Origin: Octopus bimaculoides
Lineage: Eukaryota
DNA length: 64,000 nucleotides
Direction: 5' to 3'
Assembly (NCBI RefSeq): GCF_001194135.2
Contig: NC_068997.1
Location: 9,760,933 to 9,824,932, forward strand
The position numbers and the translations under genes are program-made. Positions 52,540-64,000 of the stretch are shown here, piece after piece (positions within the stretch are counted from its first letter, which is position 1; every line of letters begins with the position of its first letter). The notes under the pieces are model-generated. The model saw only the letters and a list, made by a program, of their open reading frames with translations, was not told the origin of the DNA and searched no databases.

Positions 52540-53030
52540 TAAAGTGCTTAATGGCATAAGGGATGCAAGGGAAGGTTGGACAGGACCACCTGCACCAACC
52601 TCATAAATAGCACAGTTCTACCTTCAATGTTATATGGTAGTGAAACATGGGCTACAACAAAGAGAGAAGAGCAGAGATTGGTAACGGCTCAAAGAGCCAT
52701 GGAGAGGTCAATGCTTAGAATCTCGTTGAGGGAACACATCAGTAGCGAGGCCAACAGACAGAAATCCGGCATGAGGGATGTCATTGTAGAATATACACGC
52801 AGCAAGTTTAGATGGGCTGGACACGTCACCCGGCTCACCGATAATCGATGGACCCGTGCAGTTGTTGAGTGGTACCCATGCGAGCTGAAATGACTACTCG
52901 GAAGGCCCCTACGATGGTGGAGTTATGATTTTAAGAGGGCGATTGGGACCACGTGGATGAGGAAGGCGTGATCCAGAGAGGAGTGGACAGCGTGCTGTGA
53001 CCAGCAGTGTCAAACGCCTTTTTTTTTAAA
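52540..53030 (+). mobile_element. RTE-1-like LINE RT C-terminal fragment (third family)
   Basis: It encodes NSTVLPSMLYGSETWATTKREEQRLVTAQRAMERSMLRISLREHI…KFRWAGHVTRLTDNRWTRAVVEWYP, then a stop and a GRP..RW remnant. Confidence 0.9.
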
Positions 53031-53073
53031 GCCTGCCTCAGGTCAGTCTTAATCCTGTACACCTATTTATAAT

Positions 53074-53505
53074 CCTCTCTACTATAAGCACAAGGCCTGA
53101 AATTTTGAGAAAGGGGACTATTCGATTACATTGACCCCCGGTGTTTCACTGGTACTTAATTTATCGACCCTGAAAGGACGACAGGCAAAGTTGACCTTGG
53201 TGGCATTTGAACTCAGAATGTAATGGAGGACAAAATGACACTAACCATTGTTCCAACTTGAAAATAATGGTTTCAAATTTCAGCATGAGGCCAGCTATTT
53301 GAGGGGAGGGGGAATTCAATTACATTAATCCCAGTGCTAAACTGATACTTATCTTATTGATCCTGCAAAGATGAAAGGCAAAGTTGATCTTGGCAGAATT
53401 CGAACTTAGGACCTTGGTGGAATTTGAACTCAGAACATAGCGGCAGACAAAACACCACAAGGCATTTTGCCTGGTATGCTAATGATTCTGCCAGTTCACC
53501 GCCTT
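53074..53505 (-). mobile_element. Internally duplicated (dimeric) family C SINE with a single TSD
   Basis: A 15-bp TSD acacctatttataat lies at 53059-53073 and 53506-53520. The body motif ttctgagttcaaat…aggtcaactttgcc…ggtcgataaa is repeated inside. Other family C copies lie near 1660-1835, 2720-2900, 15525-15995, 33148-33270, 37760-37900, 41440-41640, 47650-47782, 50565-50790 and 63220-63390. Confidence 0.85.
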
Positions 53506-53959
53506 ACACCTATTTATAATGGAAAGCATTTTTGCCATGACCAAATATCAGGAAATATATTGTCAAATGGGTCTTTGTTCAGTATTTTTAAGGGCATCCA
53601 TCCGTCCATCCATCCATTTTTGTTGCCCTACTGTTCCATCTGAAATGTTAATGTCCAGTTTATTTCACTGTTAGTGGTTAGTGTCCTGCTTCGGGACAAC
53701 CAGGCTCCTGTTGTAGATTTGAACTCCTGTTGTAGATTTGAACTCCTGTTCAATGAGAAGTGACTTTAGTGTCATACTCATTCGGCTATTTTTGCTCCTA
53801 CGAACAAAGCTGGTCAGAGATAAATGTATGTCAAAATGATAGGAGTGGAGAAAGAGAGAGGGGGGAGAGAGAGAGTGAGGGGAGAGAAATAGAGACGTTT
53901 GAGAGAGAGAGAGAAAAATAGACATTTGAGAGAGGGGGAGAGAGAGATGTTTGTCAAAA

Positions 53960-54588
53960 TATTGTTTTCCTTCTGTCCTGTTTCTATTTATTTCTTTCAT
54001 TGTCATTTTGTCTTCTTTCTTACTTTTGATCATCATCATCTCCTTCTCGTTCTTCTTTTCTCTCTTTCTCTCTCTCTCTTCCCTCCTTTAACTTGCTTTT
54101 CGCTCTTACCCTTCATCAATTCATCCAGTTGCCCGTTCATCCTTGTATCTACCTCTCTGATCCTCTCATTTCTTGCTCAATCCATCCATCTACCTATTAA
54201 TTTTATATCTACTGCTCCTATCCTTTCCACCTTCACGCCATCCATTTATCATCTCCAATCCATCCATTTGTTTACTCATCCTTCTAAGCTATCATCCTCG
54301 TCTTTTCAACTTTCACTCCATCCATTCATTGATCCATCCATTCACCTATTCAACCTTCTATCTATCACTCACTTCCTTTCAACTCTTAATCCATCCATCT
54401 GTCCGTCCATCCATCCATCCATGTATTCACCTGCTCATCTTTCTATCTATCACAACCATCCATTCATCTCTCACTTCATCCATAATTCCATCCATCTATT
54501 CACCCTTTCATTCTTCAATCTATCCACAATCCCCATCTGCTCTTCTCTCCGTCAGTGTTCTATCAGGGCTCTGTGTGTGTATGTGTGT

Positions 54589-54635
<47 letters not shown>

Positions 54636-55400
54636 TGCATACCCATGTTTATTTTTAGGAAAGGAAAGGGGGGGAAAAAAAGATGTGTGCACATGAGGAT
54701 CTCAAGATCAAATTGGATTTTTTTTTTTAATTGAAAGAAATTTGAGTAATGGTTACTTGCATAGATGCGCACATACTTTGCAAAGAAAGATAAAATGTGC
54801 GCACAATGCAAATATCTCTGCACATGCACAGCAAAAACTTAGAGGAAACATTTGCTCTCCATCCATTCACCTCTTCACCCTTTCTATGCAGTGATCCAAC
54901 CAAACACTCCTTCATCTTGTCACCTCCCCACACACACACATGCTCTTCCATCTACCCATCCTTCTGTACAGCCATCATGCCATCTATCCCTCTCCCCTTT
55001 CTCCCTCTCTATATCCCTCCAGTCCTTCATCTTTCCATACATTCATCTATTCCTTCATCTCTATACATCCCTCAATGCCTTTATCCCTCTTTGCATCCAT
55101 CCATCCAGCCAGCCATCCATCCCTTCTAAAAACTTCTCTCCATTCTTACATTCCCCTATACGTCCAACCTTCCATATATCCTTCTACACACCCCTTCATT
55201 TATTCCTCTATACATTCCTCCCTCCCTCCCTCCATCTATCCTGTTTATCCACCCTTGTACATCCATTCAACCATCCTTTCATCCTTTTAAACGTACCTTC
55301 ATCTCTCCATCTTTCTGGATTCCATCCCTCAATACATCTGTTCAGCCAATTGTCCATCTCTCAATACATTCCTCTAACCAACCCTATGTATTTCTTTGGC
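53960..55400. repeat. Two pyrimidine-rich (CCAT/CT)-derived low-complexity blocks separated by (GT)n
   Basis: ccatccat, tcttc and ctct motifs dominate 53960-54560 and 54850-55400. Confidence 0.8.
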
Positions 55401-55629
55401 ATAAACATAGATGTAAGGTTGTCTTCCAACACTTACCTCAGTTCTAAATATCTTACAGACAGTCCCATAAGCTTTATTTCATTGGATGGGGAGTATTTCT
55501 CTCCACATGTCAGATAAGGCCTCTTCCAGTTGCTGCTCTAAGGGAAACTGAGAGTACCTCAGATATATTTTGTTTTCCACATAAATACACCTCTCCCTCT
55601 TTGTTAATTCGTAGCTGTGTTCATTAGAT

Positions 55630-55926
55630 TAGGGGTTTTCAAACTGTGGTCTGCGGACCACAGGGGGTCCGCAAGGACAAGATAGGGGGTCCGTGGACAG
55701 CAAGTACTTTTTATGGGCAATTTGATTTTGTATATGTTTTTTAATCGAAATATTTTAATTGACAATAAACCTATTTGTTAAATACTGTTAAATAAATAAA
55801 TGTAAAAATATATGTTATTTTAAGCAAATATTTATGTATAAATTTCATAAGCATTTATAAGGGGGTCCCTAAGGTAAAGCCTGAAATATAAAGGGGTCCG
55901 CAAGTCAAAAAGTTTGAAAACCCCTG
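55630..55926. mobile_element. hAT (Charlie-type) MITE, copy 2
   Basis: It is nearly identical to 31136-31454 and in the same orientation. The 8-bp TSD is cattagat/cattagac. Confidence 0.92.
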
Positions 55927-56124
55927 CATTAGACAATTCTACCTGACTGCTTGTTTTTGCATAAGTTTGGTCATGTCTAGTTTCTCCATTGGACTAGCGA
56001 TGCCAACAAAACAGAAATATTTCTGTTCACATGTTTATCTCGTGTGTGGGTATGCATGCAAATGTTCTTGTTATAACTAATGATTTGGTTTATATGCTGC
56101 ATTTCAGTTTTAGTAATGTCTAAA

Positions 56125-56435
56125 GGGTTTTAGTCAAAGAAATCAACCCCGGGACTTAGTCTTTGTAGGCCTAGTACTTATTCTATCAGTCGCTTTTGCT
56201 GAACTTCTAAGTTACAGAGATGTAAACACGCCAATACTGGTTGTCAATCAATGGTGGGTGGACAAACATACACACACACATGACAGGCTTCTCTCAGTTT
56301 CCGTCTACCAAATCCACTCACGAGGCTTTGGTTGGCCCAGGGCTATAGTAGAAGACACTTGCCCAAGGTGTCATGCAGTGGGACTGAACCCAGAACCATG
56401 TGGTTGGGAAGCCAGCTTCTTACCACACAGCCACA
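56125..56435 (-). mobile_element. Family B SINE
   Basis: It is colinear with 48170-48592. Confidence 0.85.
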
Positions 56436-56704
56436 CAACATCCTAAGTGTTACAGAGAATGGTAACGTTTATTGAATAGGAGCCATATTGAAATGAGGGG
56501 AGATAAATCTTGTTGAACACTGATTAATGAAGCTAAGTAAGAGAAAGAGCTGCAAATTAAAATTAAAATGAGAGATTTATTATTGTTTTAATGAGCTGTC
56601 ATGCAAATTCTGCATAAATTAAATTTAGAAATAGGTGATATAGTTAAGTGGAGGTGGGGTATGGGAGAGGGATAGGCTGATCTTATAACAGGTGTAGTGT
56701 CAAA

Positions 56705-56822
56705 TCAAGATAGAGTGTGTAAGAGTCATAGGAAGTGGTAGAGTATGTAAGAGTCACAGAGATAGAGTATGTAAGAGTCACAGAGAGTGATAGAGTATGT
56801 AAGAGTCACAGAGAGTATGTGT
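56705..56822. repeat. ~24-28-bp tandem repeat (gatagagtatgtaagagtcacaga), about 4-5 units
   Basis: The repeat is directly visible. Confidence 0.85.
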
Positions 56823-58382
56823 AGGTAAATTACGAGTCAGTGATGAGTTGTTTTATGGGATCTAATTTTGGACATCCAGTCTCTGGGTGGTACGCATAAA
56901 AGTAGTCAAAGTTAGTTGCTTGATCTGCTAGAAATAGCGACCAAATCTTTGTCGAATCACATTGTATGGTCTTAAAAATAAGACTGGACATAATATGATC
57001 CTAAGGTGCACTATATTTCAGGGGGAAAAATAAAATGTGATGCTGATGACTGGGATACTTCTGATTATAGGACCACCTGATCATGGCTGACCTGGGATTA
57101 AACAACAACTACAACAACAGCAACAAGTGGCTTTGTGACCTGTGAATAGAAATCAATATTCTGTCATAATAATGTGACAATCGGTAAAGTGGTTGGCTTC
57201 AGTCCAAGACAATCCAAGAGATTGTATTTTCCATTGGCTTCTCGTGATAGCTATAAATCAATCAATCTCTCTCTTTTACTCTCTTGCTCCCTCCACCTTC
57301 TCCCCCCCCCCCTCTCTCATTGTCTCATCTGTAATCAATATGTCATTCTTATCCATTATCAATCACAATATCTGAAATTATTTAATTTATTTTTTTACTT
57401 CTTATATCTGAGCCATCAATTTAGACCATTGATGCAACTCTCTGGTGAGACATTTCATAAACTGATAGAGCACGTCTCCCTCATTCCACGTGTTTTTCTC
57501 TATCACACTCTCTCACTCGCATCCTCTCCATCTTTCTCTCTATGAGTACTTTGTATAATTCTTTGCTAAGTACATTACATTGTCTATAATAGGATACAAA
57601 CTCACTATATACTATTGTTGTTGCTTAATTTTCTAAACTAATTGAGACAAAAACTCAACAAAAAGCAAACATGGTGATGAAATGACCAAATTGATAAAGT
57701 ATTGTGTTATCTGTTCATAGGTTCTGAGTTCAAACCAGCTGGAACCATTTTATTGTGTTTCTGGGTAGAACATCTCCTCTTTCATTGCTGTAGTCCATCT
57801 AAAGATGAAATCATCTGTGTGAATAAATATCAGATCATTCATGGGAATATGTATCAGATCATCTGAGGTCTGTGGTACCCTGGCATGCTATCCAGAAGCA
57901 GATTTCCCTTTCACTGTCTTGATACAATGAAACCAGAGCTGAGCACTGAGCCTTGTAAGCTCATCTGTGGTTTATTACGATATTTCACAAACATAGTTTT
58001 CAAAAGTTTAGAACACTATAATTAAGTTACAGTTTTCTGGGTCGTCTGAATCACCAATCAATCATGCTACAGCTATGATGCTTGTAGGAATCTATATATG
58101 ATCTGCTATAGTATTGTCTGTTAAATCATTCAAACTAATCCACTTTTGTTTGGTTATTCAGAACCATTTTAGTTTTCAAATTGAGCTATAGCTGTCTGGC
58201 TAGTTCAAATCTTCAGAATGCTCCAAATTCTGGATTATTTTTCCATTTTTTTTTTTACTTAATTTTTAAGAGCAGCTAGGTTCATTTTTGGTATTCTCGT
58301 TTGTGAGAGCAGTTGAGTTTATTTCAGATATTCTCATTTTAAAAATCATCTCTGGCTAATCATTGAGAGGACATTGGTGTTG

Positions 58383-58412
58383 CCTTGGTGGAGGTTTGCG
58401 CTCTCTGAGTGC
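58383..58412 (+). mobile_element. Possible Helentron/HINE 3' terminus (subterminal repeat plus hairpin)
   Basis: ccttggtggaggt is followed by the hairpin gcgctc-tct-gagtgc, which resembles HINE 3' ends from memory. The matching 5' subterminal repeat was not found. Confidence 0.3.
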
Positions 58413-58419
58413 TCTTGTT

Positions 58420-59045
58420 ATTATTGTTATTTGATGAAAACTCTCAGCTTATTTTGCTGGGTATGATGGAAAGTGCCAACTGCCCACAGCCAGCTACGAA
58501 AGGTGACACTTGTTTACTAATCATTGCTTCAAGAATCAAGTGACGAATTCTTGCAGTTCCAAGCAATGCTGATTTTTGTAGGTGTTCTATCTTTACATTT
58601 GTATCAATCTTTTTAAGCCATCTTACTTCCAAGTGCGCCAATTACTATTGGTATCATGTCTACTCCCCTCATTGACCACAATCTTCATATTTCCCACTTC
58701 AAATCGTCGTAGTTGCTGTTGTTGTTGTTGTCGTCGTCGTAGTCTTCTTCTTCTTCTTCTTCTCCTTCTCCTCCAGTTTTGTTGTAACTCCTGGAGTCTT
58801 GCATGCATAGGTGTTTGCTGCCTGCAGCCCATGGCACCATGCTATCAAATACTTTCCTTGATCATTCTGGCCATGCCAAGGAAGTTAATGTTGTGCAACA
58901 GTTCTACTGGGCACTCTATTCCGATTTCCTTAATATTCCACTTGATGCCTTCTGACACTCTCCCCAAAGACCCAACAACAACTGGCACTGTCTTCACCTC
59001 CTTCATTTCCCATAGCTGGGCAATTTCATACTTCACAGGATTGTA
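58420..59045 (-). mobile_element. Two R4/Dong-like 3' fragments
   Basis: One encodes KYEIAQLWEMKEVKTVPVVVGSLGRVSEGIKWNIKEIGIECPVELL…FLGMARMI (58845-59036). The other encodes WLKKIDTNVKIEHLQKSALLGTARI (58444-58641). Confidence 0.75.
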
Positions 59046-60039
59046 TGTATCATCATCATCATATATATATCTGTATTTTCGCTTTCATTCTTGACTGTTT
59101 GTGTGTTCACACACACACACACACACACTCAAGGAATTAATAAGAATATATCTCAGAGAAAGAAATTTCAGCTTTATGTTTTGGCTTTGTTTCGTATGGT
59201 GGTGGTGGTGGTGGTGGTGGTGGTGGTAGCAGTAATAGTTGTGGTCATTGCAGTAAGGCCAGTAGTAGTGGTAGTGAGCAGTGTGATGGACAGTAGTTAT
59301 AACAGTAGCAGCAGCAGCAGCAACAGGAGTGTGGGGGTAATAATTTATCATTTTTAAACATCAAAATCTGATATCTTTATTGTGCTGCAGCTACTACTAC
59401 TACTACTACTACTACTGTTGCTGCTGCTGCTGCTACTACTACTACTACTACCACCACCACCACCACCACTACTACTACCACCACCAGCACTGCTCTGTTG
59501 GAATTAGTCATTGTTATGCAATGACAGAAATACATTACAGGTAGAGTTAAACAATTTTCTTTATTGTTTTTTAACTTGGTATCGATTAATTGATTGTGTG
59601 TCCTGCCTGTCAGCAATGATGAAAGGTGGTGGTGGTGGTGGTTGTCATACCATTTGCAGCGGTAGTATTGAGAATCATGATGGTGGTGGTGGTGGTGGTG
59701 GTCAAGCTAGCGTTGTGATGTACAATGCTGTGAAATGTAGTTTTGGGGGTAGGGTTGGTGTTGAGATAATGTTGGTGATGGTGCTGATAGTAGTGGTATG
59801 GTTGGTAGTGGTGGTGGTGGTGGAGTAGTATTGAAAGAAGTGAAAAATTAGTATTGGTGCTGGCCAGAGTGGTAGTGGTGGTGGTGGTGGTGGTGGTGTT
59901 GCAGAGTTGAAGGTCAATCATTTACTCGAGACTGTCGTGAGGCCATGATGTTCTTGAGAATATGTCTTGTTGAGACTTAAAACTTTGTTGGTCTTTCAGA
60001 GCTTGTGTTTCAGTTTTAAATATTCATATGCATATTATA

Positions 60040-60074
<35 letters not shown>

Positions 60075-61208
60075 TTTTTGAGGCTTGATTAGAGGGAGAA
60101 AAAAAGCAAGAAAGAATTCTTTCTTTCTCTTTTTTTTTCCTCCTTCTAAGCAAGCCTCCAAAAATTCACCACACAGTCCATGTTGTAATGCGATTGCTAT
60201 CCAGCTGCAAAAAAGCATGCTAATGCAAACACTGAGCTCAATGCAGTTCTTGGATACATCAGATCTTGCCAAACCATCCAAGCCAAGCCAGCATGGAACA
60301 AGGCCATTACATGATATTATATATATATATATTAGTAAATTAATGAATAATGAAGCTGGAGAGCTTCTTACATTGTGAGAGCAAAAGTTTAGTAACCTTT
60401 ATAGATTTCAGGCACAAAGGCCCATTATCAGAAGTGAATGGCTTGAAGAAATGCAAGTTTATGTAGATTTTGCCATGTTGATTGCTATATGGGATGGTCT
60501 GAGTGGTTAAGTTGTTCACTTGCAATCATGAGGTCCTATGTTCAATCCCACTGTAGGGTGCTTTGTTTAAGTACCCTTTATGATAGCTTCAGGTTGATGT
60601 AAGTCTTGTGAGTGAAAGTGAGTAGACAGACACCTGAGAAGCCCATTAGATGACCTGCATTTGAAATTCAAAATACTAACCTTGTCTCAAACTTTGTGTG
60701 TGTACAGGTGTGTGTCTTGACAAGAAGTACCATGATCATACAGGTGTTGTCTCTTGGTTTCAGTCTTTAGAGAAAAAGTGTTTGGCCATGGAGAAATATT
60801 ACCTTCTTTGGAAACAAGGTTGGTGACAAGAAAAGCATCCAGCTATAGAAAATCTGTCTCAACCAATCCTATCTCATCCATCCGAGCATGGACAATAAAA
60901 TGAGGATTCTAATGATGATGCCCTTTCGTTTTTATCATCTCAGAAGCTATTGTGACCCAGGTGCCTAGATTTTTGTGCTGATCTGATGCATTTTGTTTGA
61001 TAAATGTGTTGGTGTGAAACTCTGGGTTTTCCAAATCATTGTAACTCTTCATTTCATAAAAAAGAATGTGTGTTTCCTCCTTGTCGTCCTCCTCCTCATC
61101 ATCATCTTTTTATGCTTGTTATCTATGGTGTGAATGTGTGTGTGTGCATGTGTGGGGAGGGAGGTAGGGTATATATGTGTATCTGTGTATCTTTGTGTAT
61201 CATACATG

Positions 61209-61281
<73 letters not shown>

Positions 61282-61845
61282 NNNNNNNNNNNNNNNNNNN
61301 NNNNNNNNNNNNNNNNNNNNNNNNNNNNNNNNNNNNNNNNNNNNNNNNNNNNNNNNNNNNNNNNNNNNNNNNNNNNNNNNNNNNNNNNNNNNNNNNNNNN
61401 NNNNNNNNNNNNNNNNNNNNNNNNNNNNNNNNNNNNNNNNNNNNNNNNNNNNNNNNNNNNNNNNNNNNNNNNNNNNNNNNNNNNNNNNNNNNNNNNNNNN
61501 NNNNNNNNNNNNNNNNNNNNNNNNNNNNNNNNNNNNNNNNNNNNNNNNNNNNNNNNNNNNNNNNNNNNNNNNNNNNNNNNNNNNNNNNNNNNNNNNNNNN
61601 NNNNNNNNNNNNNNNNNNNNNNNNNNNNNNNNNNNNNNNNNNNNNNNNNNNNNNNNNNNNNNNNNNNNNNNNNNNNNNNNNNNNNNNNNNNNNNNNNNNN
61701 NNNNNNNNNNNNNNNNNNNNNNNNNNNNNNNNNNNNNNNNNNNNNNNNNNNNNNNNNNNNNNNNNNNNNNNNNNNNNNNNNNNNNNNNNNNNNNNNNNNN
61801 NNNNNNNACAACCACTTTATTTGCCAATGTCAATTAGATTTAACA

Positions 61846-61881
<36 letters not shown>

Positions 61882-62211
61882 TAGGATGTTTAATTTAATT
61901 TTTTTTTATTTGAGATGGGCGGTGGATAGTCGGATCACAAAAGCAGCAAACAAAAATACCTTTTGATATTTTATTGCAACACTTTATGGTTTTGTTCTGA
62001 GTTCAAATCCCGCCCAGGTCGACTTTATTCTTCATCCTTCTGTTGTTGATAGTGTTAGTAGTGATTAAAATAGTGGAGGAGTTAACATAATCAAGCTATA
62101 CCCTTAAAAGTGGTGCCCCAGGAAGGCCATGTTTTAATTACTGAAAAGAATAGAAGAATAAGAGAATGGTATTTCTGAACATTCTGATGCAGTAATTTCA
62201 TTGTATTTCTC

Positions 62212-62243
<32 letters not shown>

Positions 62244-62427
62244 NNNNNNNNNNGATTTAATACACACACACACACACACACATGCATGCACACACAGAGT
62301 TCAGCCTTAAATCAATTTTCTTAGCTAAGTCCAGAATCACTGAGATTTCATTGGTCACAGCTGTTACTATGTACATTTCTCTTTTACACACAACCACTTT
62401 ATTTGCCAATGTCAATTAGATTTAACA

Positions 62428-62463
<36 letters not shown>

Positions 62464-63440
62464 TAGGATGTTTAATTTAATTTTTTTTTATTTGAGATGG
62501 GCGGTGGATAGTCGGATCACAAAAGCAGCAAACAAAAATACCTTTTGATATTTTATTGCAACACTTTATGGNNNNNNNNNNNNNNNNNNNNNNNNNNNNN
62601 NNNNNNNNNNNNNNNNNNNNNNNNNNNNNNNNNNNNNNNNNNNNNNNNNNNNNNNNNNNNNNNNNNNNNNNNNNNNNNNNNNNNNNNNNNNNNNNNNNNN
62701 NNNNNNNNNNNNNNNNNNNNNNNNNNNNNNNNNNNNNNNNNNNNNNNNNNNNNNNNNNNNNNNNNNNNNNNNNNNNNNNNNNNNNNNNNNNNNNNNNNNN
62801 NNNNNNNNNNNNNNNNNNNNNNNNNNNNNNNNNNNNNNNNNNNNNNNNNNNNNNNNNNNNNNNNNNNNNNNNNNNNNNNNNNNNNNNNNNNNNNNNNNNN
62901 NNNNNNNNNNNNNNNNNNNNNNNNNNNNNNNNNNNNNNNNNNNNNNNNNNNNNNNNNNNNNNNNNNNNNNNNNNNNNNNNNNNNNNNNNNNNNNNNNNNN
63001 NNNNNNNNNNNNNNNNNNNNNNNNNNNNNNNNNNNNNNNNNNNNNNNNNNNNNNNNNNNNNNNNNATGCAGAGAGTAACGAGAGACAGTAGTGTGGCCAG
63101 AAGGGGGTGGTCTTTTCCCCATCGACAACACATTTATGGAGATGGCATCTTGGGTCTGTTACATAAGTCTGTATAGTTTTAGAAGCAGGTGTTGGTGGGG
63201 TGAATAGCAAAGGCTACCGTTACGTTCTGAGTTCAAATTCTGCCGAGGTCGACTTTGCCTTTCATCCTTTCGGGGTCGATAAATAAAGGACCAGTTACGC
63301 ACTGGGGTCGATGTAATCGACTTAATCCCTTTGTCTGTCCTTGTTTGTCCCTTCTATGTTTAGCCCCTTGAGGGCAATAAAGAAATAAGAAACCGATAGA
63401 GGAGTAGAGCGAGAGATGTGAGAGACAGAAAGAGACAGTG

Positions 63441-63533
<93 letters not shown>

Positions 63534-64000
63534 AAGAGAGAGAGAGAGTCTGTGCTATCAGATTAAAGGTCTTGTATTATTTTGTTCCAGCCATTTTGTG
63601 GAAATAGGAATAAAGCTGTCAGCTCCAAATGCTTACAGCAGAATGATTTTTGGTAAACGCATCAGGTGGTGTTATTAAGCTGAATGACATGTTGGAAATT
63701 TGTTACTTGCCCCTTCCAGAAATACATTGTGGTGGTCATATCATTATATGAAATCATTGTTTTAATCGTTTATATGCAATAGAATCAGCATTAAATCAAA
63801 AATTGCTTTTTATGTATTATGCTCAATGTATATACATCATTGAAAGGCAAATATACTGTGGTATTTGTCCAGAAATAACATCTCTTATGCATGTACTGTG
63901 TTTAAAGACACAATGTATATCATAGACAGACAGAAATTGTTCCAGCAGTGGCTGGTGTGAATGCCAGATGCATATCATCTTTGTAGGGCCTTGTCAAACG

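Noticed and set aside
53899-55517. 265-aa and 221-aa ORFs
   Set aside because: They derive from (CCAT)/(CT) low-complexity sequence and show no domain signal or splice logic.
61809-62571. ~180-bp direct duplication (61809-61989 vs 62391-62571)
   Set aside because: Both copies abut N gaps and differ only in microsatellite or homopolymer length, so this is likely a haplotype or assembly artefact.
63067-63176. Post-gap reading frames QRVTRDSSVARRG… and WPEGGGLF… resembling AARSD1 words (RVTRRG, PEGGG, GGGLF)
   Set aside because: The matches are only 4-5 residues in different frames, do not extend, have no usable splice sites and are followed by stops.
10689-63210. Numerous long ORFs containing X runs
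   Set aside because: They only span N gaps.

Overview
AT-rich, repeat-dense animal genomic DNA with 16 N-gaps. It is most likely an octopus draft assembly; this is inferred from the SINE/RTE repertoire and the abundant (AT)n, (GT)n and (CAT)n microsatellites. The only host gene I can support is AARSD1 (AlaXp, alanyl-tRNA trans-editing protein) on the + strand. It is seen as a 129-nt exon (8804-8932) and an 18-nt microexon (42250-42267) separated by a 33.3-kb intron; exon 1 and later exons were not found. The rest is intronic TE debris: several tRNA-derived SINE families, RTE and R4/Dong-like LINE fragments, mariner and maT/rosa-like remnants, hAT and piggyBac-type MITEs, Penelope-like fragments and satellites. 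The most notable signals are four. (1) The conserved GGQ motif is genomically G-R-Q, with an AGA codon that one A-to-I edit would restore to Gly. (2) The PDDRGT microexon. (3) A tandem pair of minimal hammerhead-ribozyme motifs 262 nt apart, plus a second hammerhead-like family. (4) A mariner element with two 5' ends. Nearly all ORFs in the supplied track are microsatellite, gap or TE artefacts. Repeat boundaries are approximate unless TSDs or TIRs are quoted.
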